Part shown: one piece after another, positions 15,611 to 24,439 of the stretch | Numbering within the stretch: the first letter of the stretch is position 1 | Layout: every line of letters starts with the position of its first letter | NCBI GenBank assembly: GCA_020847755.1 | Contig: JADLBK010000175.1 | Coordinates: forward strand, 1-61,090 | Direction: 5' to 3' | Source: Flavobacteriales bacterium | Lineage (GTDB): Bacteria; Bacteroidota; Bacteroidia; Flavobacteriales_F; PHOS-HE28 | DNA: 61,090 nucleotides | Notes under the pieces: model-generated | Seen by the model: only the letters and a program-made list of their open reading frames with translations | Database searches by the model: none | Told to the model about the DNA's origin: nothing | Program-made: the position numbers and the translations under genes

Positions 15611-16927
15611 TCATTGGCGCAGGAAGGGCTGCCGCCGCACGCTCCCACCCTGCCGCACCTCGGCCACGTAAAGGCCTGCCGCCAGCCCGTCCAGGGGGAT
15701 CAGCGCCCGATCAAGGGTCGCCGCACGACGCATCACCCGGCCCTGCGCATCGCGCACCAGCACCTCCGCTGGCCCACCCACCACCACGGTGACCAGGTCG
15801 TCCGCCGGCACCGGGAACAGCGAAAAGCCCTCCATGGGCTCCTCCTCCACCGCAGTGATCAGGCCATTGCTGCGGAGCGGCCGCATATGGCCCATGGCAT
15901 AGCCGTGGGCAGTGTCGTAGAAGTGGACATCGTACAGGCGGCGTGCGGAGTTCAGCGTGGCGGTGCTGTAGTTGAGGTCCCAGGTGGCTCCGCCGTCATC
16001 ACTGAACAGGATGTAGCCGGCCGACCCATCGGTGCGGTAGCCGGTGACGAAACCCGCTCCATCGCCGCGGAAGGTGGCACCCGTAAGGATATACGTGCCG
16101 GCGTGGTTGTTGACGGCCGGTGCCCAGGTGGAGCCGCCATCAGTGGTGCGCAGGATCGTGCCGTCGTTGCGGGTGGCCACACCGTTGGTGCTGGAACTGA
16201 AGGCCACCGCGCTGAAGCCGGCTGTGGCATCGGCATGCACCTGCTGCCAGGTAAGACCGCCGTCGGTGCTGCGGTAGATGGCGCCACTATCGGGCAGAAG
16301 CACGCCGTTGTTGATCGTGCGACGGTAGCCGCCGGTGGCGGCGAAGGCGAGCTGGTCGTTCACGAAGTGCAGCCGGGATACCGGCTGGCCGGGCAGCACG
16401 GCGACGTTGGACCATGTGGCCCCGGTGTCGGTGCTGATGTCGATGATGCCATTGCCGAGCGCATCCCCCCCGCCGGTGAAGGCCACCAGGTCATCGCGCA
16501 TGCGGATGGCGCGGTAGTAGCGTCCTGTCCCTGTGCGCACGCTGTCGAAGCCGATGGGATAGGCAGGGAACAGATAGGGTCGCACCACGATGCTGCGGTC
16601 GTACAGCTCGTGTCCGGCGGCCATGTACAGCGGCCTCCCGCCAGTGACCTTCACGTGGATGTCCTCCAGGTTGGTGGAGGGTTCGTACCAGACATAGTAG
16701 CCGCCGGACTGGGCGCCATTGTCGGTCAGCAACAGACCGCCTTCCGTGGCCGATGGGCTGGGGCCGGGGTTGTTGGCGCCGTAGACGAACAGGCCACTGT
16801 CCACCGTGTGGAAGGCGCAGGCCTGGAAGTGGATGGACGAGGAGAACAAGCCGCCCGTTGTCCATTGGGCGCGGGTGACAACAGGAACGAGCGCGATGAC
16901 GAGCGCCAGCGGAGCGAAGCGATGCAT
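15611..16927 (-). CDS. BNR/Ycf48-like beta-propeller protein with T9SS C-terminal sorting domain
   Basis: The signal is MHRFAPLALVIALVPVVTRAQ. There are repeated S.D.G.TW motifs (STDTGATWSNV, STDGGLTWQQV, TTDGGSTWAPA, SDDGGATWDL). The CTD is ..FSLFPVPADDLVTVVV....VLVRDAQGRVM........GLYVAEVRQGG. Confidence 0.85.
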   Translation of the reverse strand: MHRFAPLALVIALVPVVTRAQWTTGGLFSSSIHFQACAFHTVDSGLFVYGANNPGPSPSATEGGLLLTDNGAQSGGYYVWYEPSTNLEDIHVKVTGGRPLYMAAGHELYDRSIVVRPYLFPAYPIGFDSVRTGTGRYYRAIRMRDDLVAFTGGGDALGNGIIDISTDTGATWSNVAVLPGQPVSRLHFVNDQLAFAATGGYRRTINNGVLLPDSGAIYRSTDGGLTWQQVHADATAGFSAVAFSSSTNGVATRNDGTILRTTDGGSTWAPAVNNHAGTYILTGATFRGDGAGFVTGYRTDGSAGYILFSDDGGATWDLNYSTATLNSARRLYDVHFYDTAHGYAMGHMRPLRSNGLITAVEEEPMEGFSLFPVPADDLVTVVVGGPAEVLVRDAQGRVMRRAATLDRALIPLDGLAAGLYVAEVRQGGSVRRQPFLRQ

Positions 16928-17041
16928 GGGATCGGGTGGGTTCGGCGGTGGACACGCGGACCGTTCATTCCGCTGCCTGCGCTGCGCCCGAACACGCGGA
17001 CAGGCGTTGTGGTTCGGCGAAGTGGCCCGACCTTGGTGCGC

Positions 17042-17380
17042 ATGGACGCCGCCACCGCCCGCGACCGGCTGCTCACCCTTCCGGGCATCACCGAGCACGA
17101 TCACTTCGGACGACCCGCCTACCGCGCCACCACCGCCAAGGGCAGGCCGACCACCATCTTCCTCACGCTGTGGCTCGACGAACAGCGGGCCGTGCTCCTG
17201 CTCGATGTGGAGCAACAGGCCGACCTCCACGCACGGCACCCGCAGGTCTTCTTCCCCGTGCCCAACAAATGGGGCGCGAAGGGCGCCACCTTCCTGGAAC
17301 TCGCCCGGGCCGACGAACGCCTCTTCACCCTCGGCGTGCAGCAGGCACTGGCGAAGGCCACGGGCGATCGCCGACCTTAG
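17042..17380 (+). CDS. MmcQ/YjbR-family DNA-binding protein
   Basis: MDAATARDRLLTLPGITEHDHFGRPAYR.....TIFLTLWLDEQRAVLLLD.....LHARHPQVFFPVPNKWGAKGATFLEL. Confidence 0.7.
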   Translation: MDAATARDRLLTLPGITEHDHFGRPAYRATTAKGRPTTIFLTLWLDEQRAVLLLDVEQQADLHARHPQVFFPVPNKWGAKGATFLELARADERLFTLGVQQALAKATGDRRP

Positions 17381-17384
17381 CAGA

Positions 17385-18797
17385 ATGATGCGGACCGTGC
17401 TGCTGCTCTCCTGCCTGCTTCCAGGCGCCGTGCTGTGCGCGCAGCCTTACACCCAAGCGCTGTGGCCGGTGGACACGGTGCGCAACATCACGTACGGCTG
17501 GGACACCACGTATCTGGGCGGCATCGACACCCTGAAGCTCGACCTCTTCCGCCCGGTGGGCGATGGCAACACGCACCGGCCGGTGCTGGTCGCCGTGCAC
17601 GGCGGGGCCTGGGTGGGCGGCACGCGGCAGGATCTGTGGTCCATCTGCCATGCCGCGGCACAGCGCGGCTACGTGGCCGCCACCATCAGCTACCGCCTGC
17701 GCCACCACGTGCCACAGAACGTGTCCATCTCGCTGGGCGTGGATCCGTGCGTGTACCTGCCGGACAGCGCGGAACTGCTGCGGGCGCTCTATCGCGCCCA
17801 ACAGGACCTCAAGGGCGCCATCCGCTTCCTGAAGGGACGCAGCGCCCAGGACAGCACCAACGCCTGCACCGTCTTCCTGTACGGCGAGAGCGCGGGGGCG
17901 ATCACGAGCCTGACCGCCGCCTTCCTCGACGAGGCGGGTGAACGCCCTGCGGCCTGCGGCGCGCTCCCCGCGGTGCCCGACCCGAACCTGCTGCTGGGCG
18001 GTTGCCACGTCACGGGCCTGCCCCTCACCGCGGCCCAGCGCAGCCGCCCCGACCTCGGGCCGGTGGACGGCGACCTCATGCTGAACGGCACCGATGCGCG
18101 GGTGGCCGGCATCGCAGCGATGTACGGCGCGCTGCCCATCATGGCCCTTGCGGAGGACTGGATGCAGGGCCCCGATACGCCGGCCGTGTTCCTCTACCAC
18201 CAACCGTGCGATGCCATCGTACCGAACGGCACCGCGCCCCTCCTGCGCGACCTCTCCGCTTATTGCGCGGGCGGCACTTGGTGGAGCATGCACTACCCCT
18301 GGAGCGCGGGGAGCGCGGTGCTGGCGCAGGTGTTGGGGTCGAAGCTGCTGGCCAGTATCCAGGATGCGGCCGTGTGCAACGCGGTGCTCGGACAGTTCCC
18401 CTTCTCCTTCAACTGCATCAATGTGGCGCAGAACGGCTCGTTCCACTACGTGAACCAGGCCGCCGTGGTGGTCGACAGCGTCTTCAAGGCCTTCAGCCCG
18501 GTGATCGTGGCGACCGAAGCGCTGCCGTGTGGAACCACCGCCATCGCCGACAGCCATCCCTCCGCGCGCGCGCTGCTGTTCCCGAACCCGACGGTGGATG
18601 CGCTGACCGTGGTCCTGCCCGATGGGATCCGCGCCGCGCAGGCCCGGCTGTGCGATGCGACAGGCCGGGTGCTTCGGTCCGTGCGCATGCAGGGCGGCCG
18701 GAACATGATCGATGTGACGGGTCTTGGCAACGGTGCGTACATCCTGATGTTCGAGGATGCCCCCCTGCCGACGGAACAGGTGATCGTGGCGCGATAG
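17385..18797 (+). CDS. alpha/beta-hydrolase (carboxylesterase/lipase-like) with T9SS C-terminal sorting domain
   Basis: The signal is MMRTVLLLSCLLPGAVLCAQ. HGGAW is an oxyanion-hole motif and GESAGA is the nucleophile elbow. The CTD is LLFPNPTVDALTVVL........LCDATGRVLRSVRMQGGRNMIDVTGLGNGAYILM. Confidence 0.85.
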   Translation: MMRTVLLLSCLLPGAVLCAQPYTQALWPVDTVRNITYGWDTTYLGGIDTLKLDLFRPVGDGNTHRPVLVAVHGGAWVGGTRQDLWSICHAAAQRGYVAATISYRLRHHVPQNVSISLGVDPCVYLPDSAELLRALYRAQQDLKGAIRFLKGRSAQDSTNACTVFLYGESAGAITSLTAAFLDEAGERPAACGALPAVPDPNLLLGGCHVTGLPLTAAQRSRPDLGPVDGDLMLNGTDARVAGIAAMYGALPIMALAEDWMQGPDTPAVFLYHQPCDAIVPNGTAPLLRDLSAYCAGGTWWSMHYPWSAGSAVLAQVLGSKLLASIQDAAVCNAVLGQFPFSFNCINVAQNGSFHYVNQAAVVVDSVFKAFSPVIVATEALPCGTTAIADSHPSARALLFPNPTVDALTVVLPDGIRAAQARLCDATGRVLRSVRMQGGRNMIDVTGLGNGAYILMFEDAPLPTEQVIVAR

Positions 18798-18889
18798 GCC
18801 GCGCACCGTTCGTCCCGGTGACGGATCGTGTGTCACCTTCAGGCAGCATCGCGCGTCCCATGACCGTCCAACCGACACGCCATCGGACC

Positions 18890-19930
18890 ATGCGCACGAT
18901 CCCTACGCTCACCCTCAGCCTCAGCCTTGGCCTTCTGCAGGCCCAGTGCCCCTTTGATCCCACCATCCAACCGGATCCGGTGATCCTGTGCCCCGATGCA
19001 GCGGAGGTGCTCACCACCCAGGTGTACGACAGCTACCAGTGGTACAAGGACGGGCAGCCGATCGCCGGTGCGATCCAGCAGACCCACGCGGTGAACTCGG
19101 CCAATGACGCGGGCTCCAGCTTCACCGTGGAGTGCACCCTGAACGGATGCACGGAGCTGTCGCCACCTGTGCTCGTGGACGGCTGGGTCTTCCTGCTGCC
19201 TTTCGTGATGCACGAGGGCGACACCGAATACGGCATGGGGCCGAACGGCCAGTTGCTGTTCTGCGAAGGCGACACGCTGTTGCTGACGCTGATGCCGCCG
19301 TACGACACCAACATCCAATGGACCAACGGAGGCGTGCCGATCCCCGGCGCCAACAGCCCCACGCTGACGGTCACGGAGAACGGGTCGTACTCCGTGAGCG
19401 GAGCTCCGAGCACGTGCCCGAACTTCATGCAGCAGCTCGGTGTCACCATCGAAGCGGAGTTCACCGCGCCCGCGCAGCCCGTGATCACGTTGAACGGTGC
19501 CGACCTGTGCGCCACCCCGGCGGGGAACAGCTACCAGTGGTTCCTCAACGGGCAGCCCATCGGGGGCAGCACGCCGTGCATCCTGGCCGGCATTCCGGGC
19601 GTCTACACGGTGTTCGTGGACTATGGCCTGCCCTGCCAGATGCTGTCCGAACCCTTCGGGATCACCACGGGGGTGGGCGAACGGACGGGCCGGACGGAGG
19701 TGGTGGTCTCCCCGAACCCGGCCACGAACACGGTGCGTGTCCAGTGGCCCGGTACGCGGCCCGGTACATGGACCGTGATCGACGGCTCCGGACGGGCGGT
19801 GGTGTGGGGCGAAGTGAGCACGCAGCGCACCCAGGACATCGACGTGAGCCGTTGGCCTTCGGGCAGCTACACGCTGAGGACAGTGGATGCCCGGCATGTG
19901 GACGAACGACGGTTCGTGGTGCAACGGTGA
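18890..19930 (+). CDS. secreted Cys-rich protein with T9SS C-terminal sorting domain
   Basis: The signal is MRTIPTLTLSLSLGLLQAQ (alternative ATG at 18860). It has repeated 'YQW(Y/F)..GQPI.G' Ig-like modules. The CTD is VVVSPNPATNTVRVQW....WTVIDGSGRAV........SRWPSGSYTLR. Confidence 0.8.
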   Translation: MRTIPTLTLSLSLGLLQAQCPFDPTIQPDPVILCPDAAEVLTTQVYDSYQWYKDGQPIAGAIQQTHAVNSANDAGSSFTVECTLNGCTELSPPVLVDGWVFLLPFVMHEGDTEYGMGPNGQLLFCEGDTLLLTLMPPYDTNIQWTNGGVPIPGANSPTLTVTENGSYSVSGAPSTCPNFMQQLGVTIEAEFTAPAQPVITLNGADLCATPAGNSYQWFLNGQPIGGSTPCILAGIPGVYTVFVDYGLPCQMLSEPFGITTGVGERTGRTEVVVSPNPATNTVRVQWPGTRPGTWTVIDGSGRAVVWGEVSTQRTQDIDVSRWPSGSYTLRTVDARHVDERRFVVQR

Positions 19931-19951
19931 GCGTATCGCCTTCGAACGAAC

Positions 19952-19976
19952 AGGGCCGCCCGAGGGCGGCCCTGTC
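19952..19976. terminator. bidirectional stem-loop between convergent genes
   Basis: CAGGGCCGCC-cgag-GGCGGCCCTG lies between the stops at 19930 (+) and 19997 (-). Confidence 0.6.
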
Positions 19977-19996
19977 GCTTTTCGTTCAGCGCCCGA

Positions 19997-20749
19997 TCAT
20001 TCGCCGGTGATCGCGGCGGCCAGGTTGGTCATGGCCGTCTGGTTGTTGGGGCCTCCGCCCATGGCGATATCATTGGCCAGGAGGTCCAGGCCCATGAGCA
20101 GGGTGGTGACCTCGATGGTGGGCGCCAGGTTGGCGGTGCCCCCGGCGGCCAGGTCGGCGTGGTAGTGGAAGTGGTCCTCGGTGAGCAGGGCATCCGTGGC
20201 GCAGTGGTACAAGAAGGCCTTGTCCTCGGGATCATCGAAGTCGCCATCGCCATTGCCATCCACATACCCTTCCATGTTCAGGAACTTATAGCCCGCGCTG
20301 GGGTTCCAGCTCCAATGCATCTCCTCCAGGTCGAGCGGGGACTCGGCCTGCGTGGGGTCGGCATGGTTGGTGGCGCTGTCCAGGCCCAGGGCGATGTGCA
20401 CCTCGTGGATGTGGTTGGGCGCGATGCTGCCGAGCGTGAAGGTGTTGGTGGCCGCAGCGGCATCCACCAGCAGCACCGTCCCGTGGAACTCGCCCACGGT
20501 GTTCATGGCATCGTCCGTGAGGTGGATGTCGCTCACGTAGAACTTCAGCTTGTCGAACTTGACGGCATGACCGGCGCCGTCCTGCACGACGTCGCTGAGG
20601 GTGAACGGAGCGCCGTTCTTGGTGAAGGAGAAGGACAGCTTCACCGTGCCCGTGGTGGGCGTGGTGGGCGTGGGCTCGGGATCGTCCTTCTTGCAGGCGG
20701 TGAAGCCCACCGCGAGGGCGGCCACAAGGGCCAGGTGTTGGGTGTTCAT
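19997..20749 (-). CDS. MbnP-family (putative metal-binding) lipoprotein
   Basis: The lipobox is MNTQHLALVAALAVGFTAC. ..FDKLKFYVSDIHL.., ..HIALGLDSATNHADP....SPL....MHWSWN.SAGYKFLNMEG.., and ..FLYHCATD match my recollection of the MbnP family signature. Confidence 0.6.
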   Translation of the reverse strand: MNTQHLALVAALAVGFTACKKDDPEPTPTTPTTGTVKLSFSFTKNGAPFTLSDVVQDGAGHAVKFDKLKFYVSDIHLTDDAMNTVGEFHGTVLLVDAAAATNTFTLGSIAPNHIHEVHIALGLDSATNHADPTQAESPLDLEEMHWSWNPSAGYKFLNMEGYVDGNGDGDFDDPEDKAFLYHCATDALLTEDHFHYHADLAAGGTANLAPTIEVTTLLMGLDLLANDIAMGGGPNNQTAMTNLAAAITGE

Positions 20750-20781
20750 GCGGAGTGGTCGTGTTCTGTTGTTGTTGTTGT

Positions 20782-21708
20782 TCAGTTGAACGCGTAGGTG
20801 ATCCCGAGGATCGCGCGCTGTCGGTTGGGGATCATCCATTCGCCGGAGGAACGGGCCACGGCGTATTGATGGTTCACCGTCACCATCCAGTTGCGCCACC
20901 ACACGCGGGATCCCACGTGGGTGAAGAGCGTGTTGGCGCCCGTGCCGGGCACCTTCCCGTCGTTCTGCCGGTCCATGCCGGCATGTTCGGCATACAGTCC
21001 CAGGGAGGGCGCCAGGGTGAAGGCCCCGATCGGCACCTGGTGGAAGCCCTCGGCGGTGGCCGAAAGGCCGTGTCCCATGCGGTGGTCGCCGGCACCGACG
21101 CTGTTCAGGCGGCCGGTAACGGCCAGGCTTCCGCCCCACCGCTGCCGGCGCACCAGGTATTCGGCCGAGGCAAGCCCGTCCCAGCTGCCCGTACCGGGCT
21201 GCAGGTCGTGGCCCACCTCCTGACCCGCCCAGGTGCGGTCCGTGGCGCCCAAGGGTACCTTGCCGCCCAGCCCCACGGTGAAGCGATGCACCGTCCGCGG
21301 CACGTCGGAGAGCCCGCGGGTGTTGGCCAGCACGTAGCGGGCCAGCACGAAGGGATCGCCCACCCCGTACAGGTCGGCGCGCGCATAGCCGTCCACGCCC
21401 TGGTAGTTGTTCACCAGGGGCACCGAGGCCATCACGGCGAAGCGGGGGCCGAACCACACGTCGCCGCGCAGTTCGAGCACCTGGTAGAGCTCCGTGTAGT
21501 GCTGATCGGCCGTGGTGGTGGCACTGTGGCCACCGTGCTTCAGCACGCCGGCGGTGCCCAGCATCCCATCGAGCTGGCGGAAGCGGTAGAAAAGGCCGAC
21601 GGTGGTGCTGCGGTCCTTCGGCTGGATGCCGAGGAAGAGGCCGCACACATCGCAGGCAAGCAGCGGAGGCGCGCTCAGCAGCGCCGCCGCCAGGAACAGG
21701 CGTTTCAT
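20782..21708 (-). CDS. outer-membrane beta-barrel protein (transporter-like; MetA-pathway/phenol-degradation-like fold)
   Basis: The signal is MKRLFLAAALLSAPPLLA, followed by CDVCG. The sequence alternates in a beta-strand pattern and ends in the aromatic ..ILGITYAFN. Confidence 0.65.
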   Translation of the reverse strand: MKRLFLAAALLSAPPLLACDVCGLFLGIQPKDRSTTVGLFYRFRQLDGMLGTAGVLKHGGHSATTTADQHYTELYQVLELRGDVWFGPRFAVMASVPLVNNYQGVDGYARADLYGVGDPFVLARYVLANTRGLSDVPRTVHRFTVGLGGKVPLGATDRTWAGQEVGHDLQPGTGSWDGLASAEYLVRRQRWGGSLAVTGRLNSVGAGDHRMGHGLSATAEGFHQVPIGAFTLAPSLGLYAEHAGMDRQNDGKVPGTGANTLFTHVGSRVWWRNWMVTVNHQYAVARSSGEWMIPNRQRAILGITYAFN

Positions 21709-21759
21709 GGAAAAGGGTTGAGGTTCGACGATGGCCGGCCGCGTGGGCCGGATCCGGAC

Positions 21760-22155
21760 CTAGCCCCAGGGCACCGGGTCGGCGATGGCGTGGATGCCAT
21801 CGAGCAGCATCACACGCAATGGCGGTGCGGCCAGTTCGCGCATGGGCAGCACCGGCGGCCAGTTCAGTACGTCGGCCACCAGCGAGGGCTGGGTGCGCAC
21901 CTCCAGGTTCTCGAAGGGGGCCTGGGCCTTGCGCTCGCTGGTGTTGAGCTGGCGCATCAGCACGCAGTTGCCATGGCAGGTGTTCTGCTCCGGGGCGGCG
22001 TCGCGCATCACGCAGAGCTCCCGCTCGATGCGGTCGCGTTCCAGCAGGAAATGGCCCACGATCAGGGAGGGCAGCAGCAGGGAGATCAGCAACGCTGCCG
22101 CCATCATGCCCGTCGACAGACGAAGCAGGAGGTTCACGAAGGCCGCCGAGCGCAT
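21760..22155 (-). CDS. hypothetical membrane-anchored protein (first gene of the MbnP-like operon)
   Basis: It has one TM (MMAAALLISLLLPSLIVGHFLL) and a Cys/His cluster (..CVMRDAAPEQNTCHGNCVLM..). I recognise no family. Confidence 0.5.
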   Translation of the reverse strand: MRSAAFVNLLLRLSTGMMAAALLISLLLPSLIVGHFLLERDRIERELCVMRDAAPEQNTCHGNCVLMRQLNTSERKAQAPFENLEVRTQPSLVADVLNWPPVLPMRELAAPPLRVMLLDGIHAIADPVPWG

Positions 22156-22206
22156 GATGCCAAAAGTAGATCAACGACCACTGCAGCGACTGACCGGCAT
22201 CATCCG

Positions 22207-23223
22207 TTATGGACCGATGCGCTCCAACAACACCAGGCTGTGGTCCGTGCGTTGGAAGTGGTCCACCAGCAGGCCCCAGCGCGGAGCGGCGGATCCGCTG
22301 CGGAGCACGGCCTCTGCAGGCAGGTGGCCGGTGCGCAGGCCCGACCAGAGCAGCCAAAGGCCGAAGGCGTTGGCCGTGAAGAACTCGCCGCAGAGGTGTT
22401 TGTAGGCGGCGTGGGTGGCCTGCGGCAGGTCGGCCTCCATGGGTGCGTAGGCGCCATCCTGCGGGCCGTCGCCGTTGCGTCCGGTCATCAACAGGTCGAT
22501 GCGGTCGGTGGATAGGCCGTTCCGCTGAAGGAAGGCCTGCACGCGGTCGCGCAGGGTCTCCGCCCCGCCACGATAGCTGATGTCCACGTCCACCACGCGC
22601 ACGGCCGTGCCCGGTCCTGGCGTGTCGCCCAGGACGAAGAAGGCGGCCCCTTCGCCACAGAGGGCGCCGCCATCGGTGGCCCGCAGCACCTCCAGGTTCG
22701 GCACGTCGTGCTGCTTCCAGATGCCGCTCCGGCGCTGTACCAGATAGTAGTCCGGGGTGATGCTCTCAGCGCCGCCCACCAGCACGGTGGCACGCCCCTC
22801 CAGGCCCACCTGCATCCAGCCGTCGAGCAGGGCGCTGGTGAAGGAGATGCCGCGGTGGAGATAGGTGTAGTTGTAGCCGGTGCAGCGCGTGGCCAGGGCG
22901 ATCTGTCCGGCCACGTTGTTGTGCAGCAGCGGCACGAAGAAGCGTTCGGTGCTTTCCATGCAGCCCAGTCCGGTGCCCACGATGATGGCCTCGGGAGCTG
23001 CGCCGCCCGCGCGGTCCAGGGCATTGAGGGCGGTGCCCAGTCCGATCCTGGCCACTTTCTCCATCCGGCGCCCGCGCACGGGGTCCACGTAGCGGCGCAG
23101 TTCGGGCACCACGGCGTTCAGCGGGTGGGTGGTGTAGGCGGCGACCTGTTCCAGGCGGTCGGTGTCGAACACCGGTTGTGGACCGATGGCCGAGGCCTCA
23201 CGGATGTACACCGGTCGCTTCAT
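22207..23223 (-). CDS. beta-ketoacyl synthase-like protein lacking the active-site Cys context (chain-length-factor-type partner of the adjacent KS)
   Basis: It has a thiolase-fold-like sequence (..IIVGTGLGCMESTERFF.., ..LVGGAESITP.., ..GEGAAFFVL..). It overlaps the upstream KS by 4 nt (ATGA), an arrangement typical of aryl-polyene/flexirubin KS-CLF pairs. Confidence 0.7.
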   Translation of the reverse strand: MKRPVYIREASAIGPQPVFDTDRLEQVAAYTTHPLNAVVPELRRYVDPVRGRRMEKVARIGLGTALNALDRAGGAAPEAIIVGTGLGCMESTERFFVPLLHNNVAGQIALATRCTGYNYTYLHRGISFTSALLDGWMQVGLEGRATVLVGGAESITPDYYLVQRRSGIWKQHDVPNLEVLRATDGGALCGEGAAFFVLGDTPGPGTAVRVVDVDISYRGGAETLRDRVQAFLQRNGLSTDRIDLLMTGRNGDGPQDGAYAPMEADLPQATHAAYKHLCGEFFTANAFGLWLLWSGLRTGHLPAEAVLRSGSAAPRWGLLVDHFQRTDHSLVLLERIGP

Positions 23224-24437
23224 GGCCGTGCTTCCGGTGCGCTCAGCACCAGGCTCGTGTTGTTGCCGCCGAACCCGAAGGAACTGCTGAGCACATGGCG
23301 AACGGCCACATCGCGCCGGGTCCGGGTCACCGGCACCAGCGGCGCTTCGTTCAGCGGCGTGCGCCAGCGCAGGTTGGCGAAGTGCACCCCGTGCCGGATG
23401 GCGAGCACGGCGTACACGGCCTCCACTGCACCGGCGGCACCGAGGGTGTGGCCTGTGAACGACTTGGTGCTGCTGAAGGGGGGCACCGCGCCGTGGAAGA
23501 GGCGGTTGAGCGCGATGCCTTCGGAAGCGTCGTTGTTCGGAGTGCCGGTGCCGTGGACGTTCACGTAGCTGATGGCCTCCGGGGCCAGCCGCGCCATGGC
23601 CAGGGCCTGCCGCATGGCCTCGTAGGCGCCGGTGCCGTCCGGCGAGGAGGCCGTGGCGTGGAACGCCTCATTGGTGTTGGCGTACCCGCTCACCACAGCG
23701 AGCACGTCGGCACCGCGGGCCCGCGCGCGCGCCTCGGTCTCCAAGACCAGGTAGGCGGCCGCCTCGCCCAGGTTGAGCCCGGCGCGGTCGCGGTCGAAGG
23801 GGCGGCAGGGCTCGCGGTCCAGGATCAGCAGCGAGTTGAAGCCGTTGACGGTGAACTTGCACAGGGCGTCGGTGCCGCCCACCACGGCCACGTCGGTCAG
23901 GCCATGGCGGAGCAGCCGGTCGCCCAACATCAGTGCGTTGGCGCTGCTGGAGCAGGCGGTGCTGATGGTGGTCACCAGGTCGCGGAAGCCGAGCTCGGCG
24001 GCGATGCGTTGGGCGTGGTCGCCGGGGTCATGCGTGCCCAGGTATTGCGCGGCCTCATCGGGGATCTCCGGAAGGAAGTACTGGTCGTAGATGGGCTCCG
24101 TCTTGTCGATCCCGCCGGCGGTGGTGGCCGAGATGAAGGCCGTGCGCTGGGCCGCGGGATCGATGCCGGCGTGGGCCAGGGCCTCCTTCACGGCGCGCAG
24201 GCCGAGCAGGGCGGTGCGGGTCCAACTGCGCACGGCGCGGGGAGCGGCCAGGGCGGCGAGGGCATCATCGTCCAGGTGGACCTCGGCCACCGGGATGCTT
24301 CCGCGGTGGCGGGTGGGCAGCACGGTGATGGGACCGATACCGGAGCGCTCATGGAGCAGCGCGTCGAGGTTGCCCTCCACGTTGGTGCCCAGGGCGCTGA
24401 TCACGCCCAGGCCGGTGATCACCACGCGGTCGCTCAT
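23220..24437 (-). CDS. beta-ketoacyl-ACP synthase (KAS II / FabF-like)
   Basis: It starts MSDRVVITGLGVISALG. The active-site motifs are TISTACSSSANAL (Cys), NVHGTGTPNND and TGHTLGAAG (His/His). The start is at internal ATG 24437. Confidence 0.9.
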   Translation of the reverse strand: MSDRVVITGLGVISALGTNVEGNLDALLHERSGIGPITVLPTRHRGSIPVAEVHLDDDALAALAAPRAVRSWTRTALLGLRAVKEALAHAGIDPAAQRTAFISATTAGGIDKTEPIYDQYFLPEIPDEAAQYLGTHDPGDHAQRIAAELGFRDLVTTISTACSSSANALMLGDRLLRHGLTDVAVVGGTDALCKFTVNGFNSLLILDREPCRPFDRDRAGLNLGEAAAYLVLETEARARARGADVLAVVSGYANTNEAFHATASSPDGTGAYEAMRQALAMARLAPEAISYVNVHGTGTPNNDASEGIALNRLFHGAVPPFSSTKSFTGHTLGAAGAVEAVYAVLAIRHGVHFANLRWRTPLNEAPLVPVTRTRRDVAVRHVLSSSFGFGGNNTSLVLSAPEARP

Positions 24438-24439
24438 GG

